Source of the DNA: Nemertoderma westbladi
Taxonomy: Eukaryota; Animalia; Xenacoelomorpha
NCBI GenBank assembly: GCA_032718475.1
Contig: JAUCBJ010006273.1
Location: 1 to 46,329, forward strand
Reading direction: 5' to 3'
Length of the DNA: 46,329 bases
The translations under genes were made by a program, and so were the position numbers. Under the pieces are notes generated by a model. That model saw only the letters and a program-made list of their open reading frames with translations. It did no database searches and was not told the DNA's origin. The stretch's first letter is position 1; every line of letters starts with the position of its first letter. This document shows, piece by piece, positions 1-11,730 of this stretch.

Positions 1-1
1 T

Positions 2-844
2 GGCGGTAAGTTTATTGCCTTTGAATGCTTTCGGCGGTTCTTGAAACCGTTCGCCAACATTGATAGCCAGTTCCGTGATAAATCTGCGTTAACACATAGG
101 GAACAACGTCGCTCTGCAGCGGACGAATTGGCGACCAGTGGATTCGCAATATTTAAGGAAGTTTGTACCTCGAACCTCCATCGGACGATTTTGGAACGGC
201 CAATCGTATCCCCTGGGTTCTCCGTAACCGAAGTCCAAACCATAGCGCCGGACCCCACGGGAAATCTCGAGAAACCTACCCGTTTGGAGGCCTCCCCTAT
301 CGTAGACACCCCAACGCCAGTCGTAGATGATGATACCAAACTATTAGAATGGTATTGTGGTGTTGAAAAACTGACGATCCGTAAATACCGAAACTCCGTT
401 ATCCCTAAGCGAAGCAGATGCCGACATTGCGGTTTAAGGACACATAGAACTCCAACCCAGCCCGGAGCTCTGTGCGAGTATCATACGGGATACGCCGACA
501 TTAACATATATTGCCCATATTGCCGAGACAGCGGTGACCACACATTTTTTACTTGTACCGTCTTCGTCACCCAATGTGAGCGGTGCCATTTTAAAGGACA
601 CGCCGGCCCAGACTGCCCCTTCAATGTCGATATCAACCGCGATGATGAAACAGATATCAATAAATATATTCGAGCCTGGGAGAGCTTCGCTGATTTGAAC
701 TCTGTATCATCATTGCGACACGGAACGACGAAAGTTCAGTTCGGCATATACGCGGTAAATCCATTCGCGCACGCACGCGAGGAACAGCGCGCTTGGTTGC
801 CCAGTTATGAAATGCTTAACCGGATAGCTGCCTGTACTAACACT
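2..844 (+). pseudogene. 5' part of a transposon-interrupted ORF encoding a protein with three CCHC zinc knuckles; frame is open to the window's left edge
   Basis: ORF track 41..850, and the frame stays open upstream to position 2. Motifs: CRHC-x4-H-x9-C, CPYC-x5-H-x4-C, CERC-x4-H-x4-C. The stop (TAG 848-850) lies inside the inserted TIR. Confidence 0.7.
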
Positions 845-1283
845 CAGTAGGGAACATACCCTTAAATAAGCTCCAAAACTGGGTTCTTATTTAAGGAAAA
901 TGGCTCTTAATTAGGGGTTTTTGGGCCTTTTTTGGATATTTTTTCGACATAATATGCAAGAACTTGTTTCAGGTAAAAATACCGCATAATTTTATTTCAC
1001 AATATAAAAGTTGGGTCTTTCTTGAACATAATGCAAAAAACCAGAAAACATTTCACCGTCCGGTTTTTTTTCTACAAGCGTTTTAAAATTGCATCAAAAA
1101 TACGACCAGTTCCTAAATAAGAGGGATTTTTTAAATTTACCTTATTTAAGACATCGCATTTGTACACATAAATACTAAAAGTCCTTAAATAAGAACTTTT
1201 TGACATGGGTTTCATATTTAGGTATACAATTTCATTCCAAAATCTGCATACTCCTTAAATAAATTAAATATTTCTCATTTCTC
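845..1283 (+). repeat. Left terminal inverted repeat with multiple CCTTAAATAAG-type motifs in both orientations
   Basis: Aligns by eye to the reverse complement of ~4564-5001 with scattered mismatches. Inner boundary is approximate. Confidence 0.85.
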
Positions 1284-1473
1284 ATATATTAAATTAAATA
1301 AATTAAATTAAATATCCTTATATAATGTCTCTTATAACCTCGTCTCCCAGCCCCGTCCTCCTTCTGCCCTTAACTGCTTATGACAGTTATGACCTAACTG
1401 CCTAACCTTTACAGGACATTGCAAGATGCCGAGATAAGGGAGCTTCTGAGCTTACTTTGATAGGTGCAAAAAT

Positions 1474-2320
1474 GCACAACGAGCAACAATGACCAACAAT
1501 AAGCAACAACGAGCAACAAATGAACAATGAGTAACAAAACAACGAGCAACAACGAGTAACAATGAGCAACAACGAGTAACATTGAGCAACAATGAGCAAT
1601 ACTAAAGTACAACAACGAGCAATAATGAGGAACAACGACTGAACGAGCAACAATGAGTAACAATGAGCAACTACAGAACTATGAATACTACGAGTAACAT
1701 TGAGCAACAATGAGAAACAATGAGCAACAACGAGCAAAAATGAGCAATAATAAAGTACAACAACGAGCAACAATGAGCAACAGCGAGAAACAACGAACAA
1801 CAATGAGCAATAATGAGGAACAACGACTGAACGAGCAACAATGAGCAACAACGAGTAACATTGAGCAATAATAAAGTACAACAACGAGCAACAATGAGCA
1901 ACAACGAGAAACAACGAGCAACAATGAGGAACAACAACTGAACGAGCAATAATAAAGTACAACAACGAGCAACAATGAGCAACAACGAGTAACAAGAGTA
2001 ATAAAGAGCAACAATGAGCAATAATAAAGTACAACAACGAGCAACAATGAGCAACAACGAGCAACAATGAGGAACAACGACTGAACGAGCAATAATAAAG
2101 TACAACAACGAGCAACAACGAGAAACAACGACCAATAATTAGGACATGAGGAACAACGAGTAACAATGAGCAACAATGAGCAATAATAAAGTACAACAAC
2201 GAGAAACAACGAGCAACAATGAGGAACAACGATTGAACGAGCAATAATAAAGTACAACAACGAGCAACAATGAGCAACAACGAGCAATAATAGAGTACAA
2301 CGAGCAATAATAAAGTACAA
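1474..2320. repeat. Complex ~10-bp-period A/C-rich tandem repeat (ACAACGAGCA / ACAATGAGCA / ATAATAAAGT variants)
   Basis: Directly visible. The same repeat resumes at 3516-3624 on the far side of the RTE insertion. Confidence 0.95.
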
Positions 2321-3453
2321 CTACTACTACTAGGTCGAGCGAACTCGGACAGTGGAAATGAGATCCTTCCAGGCTTCCCGATTCTCCATAGTTGTCGCAA
2401 TTTCGTTTCTCCCAAGTTCAGTATCCCTTTCAAGTTGATCTATATATGTTATGGCCGGTCGTCCACGACTACGCTTTCCATGAGTTGGTTGCCAGAGAAG
2501 TAGATCTGGTATGACCTCGTCTTTACTTCGCCAGCAGTGCCCACTGAATCTTAATCTGCGTTCACGGAGGGTGGTTGATACAGGTGGTATTGTACCATAA
2601 AGCTCGGCGTTTGTCATGTGTTGTCTCCAGCTGATGTTTAGGGCTGCCGTTAGTAGTCTTGTGTAGCAACCATCAATTCGTTGTTCAAGTGATTTAGTCA
2701 GTGTCCAGGTCTCACCCCCGTATAAAAATACACTTTCCACTGTGGCTCGAAAGAACTTGGTCTTCAGGTGCCTGGAGAGATCTGATTTCCAGATGGTATC
2801 CATTTTTGATAGAGCTACCCAAGCCTTTGCTTTCCTAACTTCTATGTCCTTTTTGCTACTCTCTATCCATGATCCAAGGTACTGGAAGTCATCGACCTGC
2901 CTTAGTTGATTATTATCAATGGTTGTCAAGTTTCCATCAACATTAAAGGTCATGAATTCGGTCTTGGTAGCATTTATATGCAATCCAACCTCCTTAGCAG
3001 CCCTCTCCACTTTATTTAGTAGAAGCTGTGCATCTGCTAGCGTATTAGAGAGCAGGGCGATGTCATCCGCAAAGTCGGTGTCTGTGACTGTAGTTGCCGG
3101 ATATCTACTACTTCTGCGTTCTTGAAGTGTGAATCCCAGATCTTCACCCTTTGTGGCCGTCCTCATTGTGTAATCCAGCACAATTACAAATAGTAATGGT
3201 GCTAATGTGTCACCTTGCAGTACGCCAGCCAGGATTGAGAAAAACTCAGTTTCACCATCTGGTGAGAGTACCTGCGCTTCTGTGTCACAATATAGCAATC
3301 CAATGCCAGCAACAATTACTTCTGGTATTCCATAAGCTCTTAGGATTTCAAGCATTTTACCTCTATGGATGGAGTCGAATGCCTTCTTGAAGTCCACAAA
3401 AGTCATGACTGCGGGGAGATTCTTTGACTTGATTCCTTCAATCAGTCTCCGTA
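2321..3453 (-). mobile_element. 5'-truncated RTE-clade LINE (RT C-terminal half) with (TAG)4 tail and 13-bp TSD
   Basis: Translation contains FVDFKKAFDSI, GVLQGDTLAP, FADD and HGKRSRGRP. (CTA)4 at 2321-2332 on the + strand. TAAAGTACAACTA at 2311-2323 and 3503-3515. Near-identical to 36515-37518. Confidence 0.93.
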
Positions 3454-3515
3454 CAACTACGGTACCGTCAACGTCAACTACGGTACGGACAACCGTACCG
3501 TCTAAAGTACAACTA

Positions 3516-3624
3516 ACGGGCAACAATGAGCACCAACAAGCAACAATGACCAACAACGAGCAACAATGACCAACAATGAGAAATAATAAAGCACAAGAGC
3601 AGCAATGAGCAACAACGAGCAACA
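3516..3624. repeat. Continuation of the ACAACGAGCA/ACAATGAGCA repeat
   Basis: Same units as 1474-2320. Confidence 0.9.
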
Positions 3625-3659
3625 AACTGCGTCGAACCGGATTGAATGTGGGGGAGAGC

Positions 3660-3840
3660 CACGTTCAAGTGAGCAAAACCTTAGCATATGGGTGCTATTA
3701 ACGAGTTGTCTGTCGTCGTTGTAAATTTTTTATCGCTAATAACTCGGTCATTCCTTGATGAAATTAAACGAAACTTGGTATGTACCGGTATGTAGTCTGT
3801 CAAAAGATTAGAAATTATCTGAAGTTTGGTAAAAAACAAA
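3660..3840 (+). mobile_element. Possible fragment of a Helentron-associated non-autonomous (HINE/DINE-1-like) repeat
   Basis: TCAAGTGAGC, TCTGTCGTCGT, ATAACTC and GAAACTTGGTA occur in the order typical of such invertebrate elements. Termini not identified; resemblance is from memory only. Confidence 0.3.
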
Positions 3841-4563
3841 CTAACGCAATGAGGCAAATTAAGGAGACGAGTATTGTGTTGAACGACCTCTGACTAACGA
3901 AAGACAACATGTTAATGGGGTGGGACCCCTATCAGCTAGGGCTAGCTAAGGCTTTGCTCACTTCATGCTGCGTAAAGGTCCCACGAACGTGTCCCACTGC
4001 TGCCTGAGTCAGTTAGGCCAAAAACGTCACCCAGTCATCATCTTTAACCTTCTACAGTTCTAACGTCTATCCTGCTATCAGCTGCCGGACGGAACCATCT
4101 TTGTGCCTATTGACATGATATTGACATTGGTTTTTTTTTTCACACCTTTCAAGTACAACATTGTGGACAATCCATCTAAGTGGGGCGTAACGCGGAGCAG
4201 AAGAGGAAATGCAGGACACAGGTTAGTTTTTCGAAACTGTGCGGCGATGTCCAGTTACTTGAGTCATGTCTCATGTCTCATCGAAATACGTGACAATGAT
4301 GTGCGCTCAGATGGGCGATGGGCTATTCTTTTGAATATCAATGGGCTATTCTATGCTACCGTGTGAGGTAAGAATGCCAGTGCCAGCAATCCTTATGTAA
4401 ATATTATATAAACCTTATATAAACCTTATGTAGTTATGATACAATATTCTATAGAGGATTTATAGAGTGCAGTGCAACCATTGTCCTTATCCTTAACCCA
4501 ACAATTAGCAATATTCAGACTGACATAAATCAAAGAATTATGAAAGAAGTGTAACATATACTG

Positions 4564-5001
4564 TAAGGAATAAGGAATATTTATTTTATTTAAGGAATGT
4601 GCAGATTTTGGAATACAATTGTATTCCTAAATAAGAAACCCAGGTCAAAAAGTTCTTATTTAGGGACTTTTGGTATTTATTTTCGATTTCGATATCTTAA
4701 ATAAGGTAAATTTAAAAAATCCCCCTTATTTAAGAACTAGTCGTATTTTTGATGTAATTTTAAAACGCTTGTAGAAAAAAAACCAGACGGTGAAATGTTT
4801 TCTGGTTTTTTGCTTTATGTTCAAGAAAGACCCAACTTTTACATTGTGAAATAAAATTATGCGGTATTTTTTCCTGAAACAAGTTATTGCATATTATATC
4901 GAAAAAATATCCAAAAAAGACCCAAAAACCCCTAAATAAGAGCCATTTTCCTTAAATAAGAACCCACTTTTGGAGCTTATTTAAGGGTATGTTCCCTACT
5001 G
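4564..5001 (-). repeat. Right terminal inverted repeat
   Basis: Reverse complement of ~845-1283. Confidence 0.85.
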
Positions 5002-5006
5002 ACACT

Positions 5007-5534
5007 CGGCTTGTGCGCGCATTCCTCCGTACCCTCAATCCTGGGCGAGCGGAAAGCTACAACATAATCAGCTTCATAAAGAATGCTGAAGGATACGGCC
5101 CGGTGTTCTTAAAAGGCCATCCGGAGCTCTTAAAATGTTACCGTGTTCCGGTTGAACATGCTCACCGTGAACGCGCGATCCTTAAGGCGGTTCAACCTCG
5201 AATCTTTATGGGAAATGATACCGGTACAATAGGTGGCGTCGCCACCCAAACCGTCTCAATCGTACCTGTAGTTGGTGCCGATATCCAAAAGCGACCGGAT
5301 CCTCTAACATTACTGAGGATATCCGAACCAGAACCCTCGCCTGGTACATCTATCAGAACCGATAACGCCGATAACTTATTGTCCGATATTGTCGACATAC
5401 ATCCGGCTCCCGACGAAACTCTCATGGAAGTCGTCCTCGACCCCATCCATCCTCCAGCCGACACTCAAACGCATATACGTAGTCATATAAAACGAAGAAA
5501 ACGACCATTTATGAAAAGGACCAAGGACAAATAG
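5007..5534 (+). pseudogene. 3' part of the interrupted zinc-knuckle ORF (175 aa, basic C-terminus KRRKRPFMKRTKDK)
   Basis: ORF track 4989..5534, whose ATG lies inside the TIR. In frame with 2-844 once the element and one TSD are removed (...ACT AAC ACT|CGG CTT GTG...). Confidence 0.7.
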
Positions 5535-6758
5535 GCCTACCCTACTGCCCTACACTAAGAAGAAGTAGGCGTAACTCTGTAACTTCAAACTAGGAATAGG
5601 CCTATTCGATATTGGACTCGTGTAGCTTGACCGAGCTGATAAAATTACCGACAGTCCTACTTGCATGCCTCTGTAACTGTGTAAATGCGAGCAATAATTA
5701 AAATTTTATATTACCATACCGTACTTACGAACTACCGGTACTGAACTACGATGTAACAACATTGATTTGAAGACTGCAATGCTGGTACCAGTACCCAGGT
5801 ATCTTTGTTTTATGCCGGCCTTCAAACTGTTTGTAAAATATTTAGGCCTAATTTAGGATTGTCAGACTTTATTTGACTTGGTCTTGTAGTTGTAGATTTG
5901 TATCTCGATATGCAGATATGTACCGGTACCGTCAGACCGTACCAGCAGGAGCAGTAGCAGTATTTGTATGTCCAGTACTGCAACAGCCTACGGGTGTACT
6001 GACAACTGCAGAACTGATACCTGCAAACTGGTCAGCCGGTACGAACTACAGAACTGCATTGATAATTTAGTAATTGCTTGTTTGTTTTATATTCATATAG
6101 CCTATTCGTCCATTGCTTGTACTTACTGCATTGTACACGTTTGTGGGGCCTTCGCGCAGCATGAGGCTCAGTTATGAGATACAAATTGAAATTGAGCGAT
6201 TATATCAGCGATGCCAAGAAATTCGCGTTCAAACATTTACCAGACAGACGGATGGACATGCCCCATTTCACTTGCCCTATATGAACTGCATTCTAAGGCT
6301 CGCTGACTGTGTCTCGCCCCACATTCAGACATTGATAATAATTGTGTAGTAGTTCTATCGGTTATTTTAGGGAACGGTTTTGATGCAGCTCCACAAGCCC
6401 CAAAATCTATGTAACGCTAGTGTTACTGTATAATATGTGTTGTGTACAGCAATATAGCTATTCAGATACACGGCTACCCCCACTATACTTATTCGTGCTG
6501 GTAAATCTGATATTTGTATTTAGTCTGCCTATTTCTCCCATTGGTCGGCTCAGAAAGTCTGCACTCAGCTTACAGATAGCGAGTAGTGTTGCTTTCGTGT
6601 TTGTGGGTCCTCATTGGCTACTACTACCAGTGGCCGTCCTTCTGTGACAATTGTATTTATAGTTTAGATTTAGTTCATTTTGTAGGCGTAACCTTCATAT
6701 TATTACCCTCAAACCCCGTAAATAGACCTCATAAGATCTAAGAGGTCTAGACTATTAC

Positions 6759-6797
6759 CTTACTTTCACTTACTTTCACTTACTTTCACTTACTTAC
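6759..6797. repeat. Short 11-bp tandem repeat (TTACTTTCAC)
   Basis: About three copies visible. Confidence 0.7.
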
Positions 6798-7009
6798 CCT
6801 TTTACATGCTTATCTTACATACTTACATAGTTAACATTGATTTATTGTTATTATTGTTGTTATTATCGTTGTTGCTCATTATGTATTAACATTGTTTAAA
6901 GGAAACATCTCGTTTTATTTACCACCATAATAGGTGAGTTGCTAACTTCGAGTATTGCCCTACAGGCGACAACGGTTCAAACGTATTGAGTGTGTATGAC
7001 ATCCAACAC

Positions 7010-7236
7010 TGTAATATTATTTACCAACACGAACACAAGCATTCATAACAAATATATTTAAGATCAATGTATAGCAATATCGATTCAATAGTACGAGTAA
7101 TAAGTATACTTACCCTATACCTAGACCTTTCACAAATGTTTCATTATTAATTCATAATAAGTCATAATTACGAATACTTGCATACAACGTAGTGAAACGG
7201 AACTGTCTACACGTATATTACAACATATCCCCCCCT
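7010..7236 (-). mobile_element. Possible LTR remnant with polypurine tract
   Basis: Minus strand reads AGGGGGGGATA-TGTTGTAATAT at ~7235-7214, with ATATTACA at ~7017-7010. No TSD or internal ORF recognised. Confidence 0.25.
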
Positions 7237-7470
7237 AATTTCAGTTTACAGCCATCAATATCTACTGTACTTTACGTCCCACCTATTGTATCAAAGTAAC
7301 GATCCGTTGTATAAGTGCTCCCACGGATTCGTGGGTGCACCGAGGCAATTAGTACTTTACGACTGACTAGGTCTAGTGCGGTGTTTGAACTTCGAAATTG
7401 GGTTACGCGATCGAACTTTATATTACCATTGAGAACTGTAAAATTAATCTTGTCTTAAATGCCTCGACAG

Positions 7471-9260
7471 TATCAGTCCTATAGCTGTGGGCAAGACCCT
7501 AAGAAGGCTGTGTGGCAAATTCGTGGGACATACTGTGAAAAGCTAAGGCGAAGTCTTATGATGTTACTCAGATCGGGATAGGGGTCAAGAATGGTGTAGA
7601 GGCTGCTGCCCATGCGACCAGGGCAATGACCTCCACAGCCAACCACCCACATTCCATCCTCTTGAAAATTGACTTCGCAAATGCATTTAACTTGGTTCGG
7701 AGAGACTGTATCCTCGAGGTCGTGGCTTCCCTGCACCCCAGTATTTATAAGTATATACAGTCAGCCTATGGTGCCCTGAGTTACTTAATATAGTGACTCT
7801 GTTCTATTATCTAATGAGGGTTTGCATCAAGATGATCCGGAGGGCCCTAATTTATTCAGTGATGAAGTCAATGATCTCATACACAAACCCAGATCGCTGT
7901 TCAATGTATGGTACTTAGATGATGGGGACCTCGCAGGACCATACTCCGCAATCCTGAGTGACCTTCAGCTAATTATCAGAGGGAGAAAAGCTAGGTCTTT
8001 GGATAAACCCATCAGATCGTGCCCATTTCATCGCCGAGTTTAACAAGATCTGCCCCAACATCCTCACACCCAGCAATGATGATCTCATTCCACTCAACCC
8101 CATGTTTCAACCCCACAGGTTGCTCCAGAAATATGACTCCAGGAGATCGCCAACACAACCATCAGTGACACTACCTGGGTCCAAGCCACTCTCCCGGCCC
8201 GACTGGGTGGCCTCAGCTTCAGTTTAGCAGTACAGCTCGCGCCTCCTGCCTATGTGGCTTCCGCGGCTGCCTGCTCCTCTCTGTCGAGGCGCCTGTTTGC
8301 CCCAACTGCACCTCTTGCACTGCCCAACCCAGTTTCTGCTGAAGCCCTGCATCTCTGGTCCTCTTCCATTGCCCCTGGAGTGGGAATCCCTGATTCAGGC
8401 AAATGGAATGCATGGACTACCCCAATCCACGAGGCAAATCACGCTTCTCTGTGAAATAATGCCCCGCAATCACCATTGCCCGTCTCAACTCAACTCCACT
8501 GGCTGTTGGTTAGAAGCCATCCCCTGCTCCTCCTTAGGGCTTAAACTAACGAATGCACAGTTCCGTGTCTCCATTGCCACCCGTTTAGGCTTAGGCTGCT
8601 GTTTGAAGGCTGTTGGCTGCTGTTCGACACGCAAATGGGCTCCATATGACCTATCTCTCCAATGGAGCGCCGGCTGTTTCTCTCGCCATGCGCTGCTTAA
8701 TGATATCGTTAAGCGCGCCCTGACCTCAAGCAGAGTACCATCCATCTTCGAGCCGCCCTGGTTATCCCACTCCGATGGGAAACGTGTTGATGGCATGTCA
8801 TTTATTCCATGGAGTCACGGTAAAACCCTCACCTGGGATGCGACAGTAGTAGATCCTCTCGCACAGCCACATCACCACTGGCCTATCACCAGAAGGGCGT
8901 GTCACTGAGGGGAAGGAATCGGTGAAGGCTTGTAAATGTAAATATCAAGATCTCGTCGACTGGGGTTACCTTATTTACTCCGATCGCATTTGAAACCTAT
9001 GGTCGCCCACCCAGGCCCAGCTACAGAAAGTTTCCTCTGGGGGTCTCGGTATGCTCGTATCGGATCCACCACACAGGAACCCCGGTCCCACCGATTCCTG
9101 CTCCAGCGCCCCCTGATTGCAATCCTTGTCGGAAACGCAGCTTCTGTTCTCGGGTATTTTGAAATAGCTACAGAGGGGAAGGGGATCTATGATATACTCG
9201 AGGACCCATCGCCTTAGTTGCCATGCTGCTCCAACTAAACTCGGGGGGGGTCTTAAAAAA
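7471..9260 (+). mobile_element. Degenerate 5'-truncated CRE-like non-LTR retrotransposon (RT plus restriction-like endonuclease)
   Basis: Frameshifted fragments in the expected order: PIAVGKTLRRL, KIDFANAFN, HQDDPEGPNLF, WYLDDG, SRHALLNDIVKRAL, DGKRVDG...WDATVVD, GNAASVLG. Confidence 0.8.
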
Positions 9261-9868
9261 AGCTATCAATTGTCTACTATATTTATATGTGTTATGAATT
9301 ATGAAAGAATTTCCCTAAATGCATATTTTTAATAATAATAAAGTAATAATAAAGAATAATAATTTTTCAATTTTGAAATACGATTTTCGATTATCAAATA
9401 CGATTTCTGGTTTTTTGATTGTGATTTTCGACTTTAAAATTGATTTTCAATTTCACATTATAAAATGTTATATAAAAAAACATGATAGTAATGGGCCACC
9501 ATACATATTGTAATTACAATAATTATTGATATGGTTAGTACTACAAGTACAAACTACTGTACTGTACTAGGCAGACTACAGGATTAGGCTATATGCTCCT
9601 GTGCTCTGCTATACCACTGTGCCAGTATACCATATCCAGATATCTACATGTACAGTGCTGCAGTGTACCCAGGTACCCCTCTGCCCCTCTGCCCCTGCCC
9701 AGCTGCCGTTGATAATTTCCTCCCAACGCAGCAACATTACTGTTCATTACACTTTTACACTACCGGTGGTGCCGGTACAGTTCTGCAGTTTGCAGTAAAT
9801 TCAAGTACTTCAGTACTTAGGCCTCCTGTGTCAGTTTCATCTACAAAGACAAACATCATTACTGCATT

Positions 9869-10867
9869 ATGCCAGAAAACCAACCCCCTACCGTGATTAG
9901 CCCTCTCCTACCCCTCGTCATCATAGTTGCTTTCCTGGGAATAGCAGTGAACTTCTCCCTGCACCACGTCGATGAAGGGTTTATCGGCGTGTACTACCGG
10001 GGAGGGGCTCTACTCTCATCAACCAATGAGCCCGGTTACCACTTCAAAATTCCCTGGATCACGTCACACCGCTCCGTGCAGGTAACCCTCCAAACTGACG
10101 AAGTTAAGAACGTCCCGTGCGGTACTAGCGGCGGCGTAATGATATACATAGATCGAGTTGAAGTCGTCAACATTCTTACACGTAACGCTGTGTACGATAT
10201 TGTTAAGAATTACACGGCAGACTACGATAAAACCCTTATCTTCAACAAAGTCCATCATGAACTCAACCAGTTCTGCAGCGTTCACTCTCTCCAAGAAGTC
10301 TACATCGATCTGTTTGATCAAATCGACGAGAATCTAAAGAGCAGCCTACAGAAAGACCTGCTAGTTATGGCGCCGGGTATCCTCATTCAAAGCGTTCGGG
10401 TAACCAAGCCTAAGATTCCCGAAGCGATCCGGAAGAATTACGAAGCCATGGAAGGCGAGAAAACCAAGTTTATGATATCGAAAGAACGGCAAAAAGTTGT
10501 GGAGAAAGAAGCGGAAACAGAGCGGAAAAGAGCGGTTATTCAAGCGGAGATGGAAGCGCAAGTGGCGCAGATTAAATACGAACAGAAGATCATGGAGAAG
10601 GAAAGTCAGAAGAAGATGTCCTTCATAGAAGATGAGACCCACGTTGCTAAGCATAAGGCGTTCGCGGACGCGGAATACTACACGGCATTTAAACGCGCCG
10701 AATCCAACAAGGTTCAACTGACTCCAGAGTACCTCGAAATGAAACGTATAGAAGCGATCGCGGCCAACGCCAAGGTCTACTTCGGGGACAGCATACCCAA
10801 CATGTTCCTCAATCTAAACTCGAACGTAGATGAACTGGTCAGCAAGGAGAAGGCCAAGACGTTGTAG
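9869..10867 (+). CDS. ERLIN: Erlin (ER lipid raft-associated SPFH/band-7 protein), 332 aa, single coding exon
   Basis: N-terminal hydrophobic segment, then hallmark erlin sequence: [84 protein letters not shown]. Uninterrupted ORF. Confidence 0.96.
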   Translation: MPENQPPTVISPLLPLVIIVAFLGIAVNFSLHHVDEGFIGVYYRGGALLSSTNEPGYHFKIPWITSHRSVQVTLQTDEVKNVPCGTSGGVMIYIDRVEVVNILTRNAVYDIVKNYTADYDKTLIFNKVHHELNQFCSVHSLQEVYIDLFDQIDENLKSSLQKDLLVMAPGILIQSVRVTKPKIPEAIRKNYEAMEGEKTKFMISKERQKVVEKEAETERKRAVIQAEMEAQVAQIKYEQKIMEKESQKKMSFIEDETHVAKHKAFADAEYYTAFKRAESNKVQLTPEYLEMKRIEAIAANAKVYFGDSIPNMFLNLNSNVDELVSKEKAKTL

Positions 10868-11384
10868 ACTGTCGCTGGCATCGTGGTCAATGAAACCGTT
10901 TTTAGTGTCAAATGAATTCCATTATAGTTCGTGGTATTATCCGATTGTATTTCGTCTCTGTTTCTGCCTTCGTTTCTGTTTCGTGTGTCTCAGGACTAAC
11001 AACAGGGTTGTTAAGTTCAGTTCTAATCGTTTTTTATATTTCTGTTATCTGAAAGTACCGGTACATTTCCGAAAACGTTAATAGATTTAAACAGTTTCAT
11101 ATAATGATTAATTTAGATATAATTAATTAATTAATACTCAATCCGTCTGTAACTTTTAATTAATACTATTCCTATTTGAGTCGGTATCGGATTTAATTAA
11201 TTCGATTGCAGTAAAATCGGAGAAGATTATTGGGTATCTTAAATGTACCGGTATGCACTATATAGGCGCGTTTTATTTCTATAAAACATTCCCCTAACTA
11301 ATTGTTATATTCTCCCTGACTCTATATGCGGTGAATTAATGAACAGTACCAAAATGTTACAGGATGCTTTGCTCGGATAATGTT

Positions 11385-11730
11385 GGGTGAGAACAAAACA
11401 AAAATCTAAGACCGAATTATAAAGTCCTGCATAATCTTGTAACATGTGTTAACTTTCGTTTATTGTTTTGGTTCCCCCAACACTCCTCTGTAACCTGTCT
11501 CCTTTACTAACCTGCTCCTTTAAATGGTAATGGGACCTAAAACGCTCTTTGTGACCTGTACAAAACAAAGAGGTAAAGTCGCATTAGGTCCCAACTAGTG
11601 TAAGGACCCATTGCCATTTAAAGGAGCAGGATAGTAAAGGAGCATGTTACAGAGGCGTGTTGGGGGAACCAAAACAATAAACGAAAGTTAACACATGCGT
11701 TTTGTACAGGTCTTTGTTTTGTACTCACCC
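11385..11730. mobile_element. MITE/foldback element with nested inverted repeats
   Basis: Outer IR GGGTGAGAACAAAACAAA (11385) / TTTGTTTTGTACTCACCC (11730). Inner ~95-bp IR at ~11443-11538 versus ~11602-11697. No TSD identified. Confidence 0.7.

Larger units (their letters stand above)
845..5001. mobile_element. Non-autonomous DNA transposon with ~430-bp TIRs, CAG...CTG termini and 5-bp TSD (ACACT); possibly hAT5-like
   Basis: Begins CAGTAGGGAACATACCCTTAAATAAGCTCCAAAA (845) and ends TTTTGGAGCTTATTTAAGGGTATGTTCCCTACTG (5001). ACACT at 840-844 and 5002-5006. No transposase ORF seen inside. Superfamily is inferred from termini and TSD length only. Confidence 0.9.

Noticed and set aside
1402-2433. 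Long Leu/Val/Cys-rich minus-strand ORFs (343, 210, 154 and 84 aa)
   Set aside because: They are translations of the ~10-bp tandem repeat, open in several frames at once, with no domain signal.
3454-3625. N-terminal extension of the 431-aa RT ORF
   Set aside because: It derives from filler and flanking tandem repeat; the chimeric open frame is fortuitous.
845-5001. Transposon spliced out as an intron (CA|GTAGGG donor), rescuing the zinc-knuckle ORF
   Set aside because: The nearest terminal AG (4984-4985) gives an out-of-frame junction, and no in-frame acceptor was seen at the element end.
5873-6647. Several short 65-78 aa ORFs
   Set aside because: No motifs or splice-consistent structure; consistent with chance ORFs.
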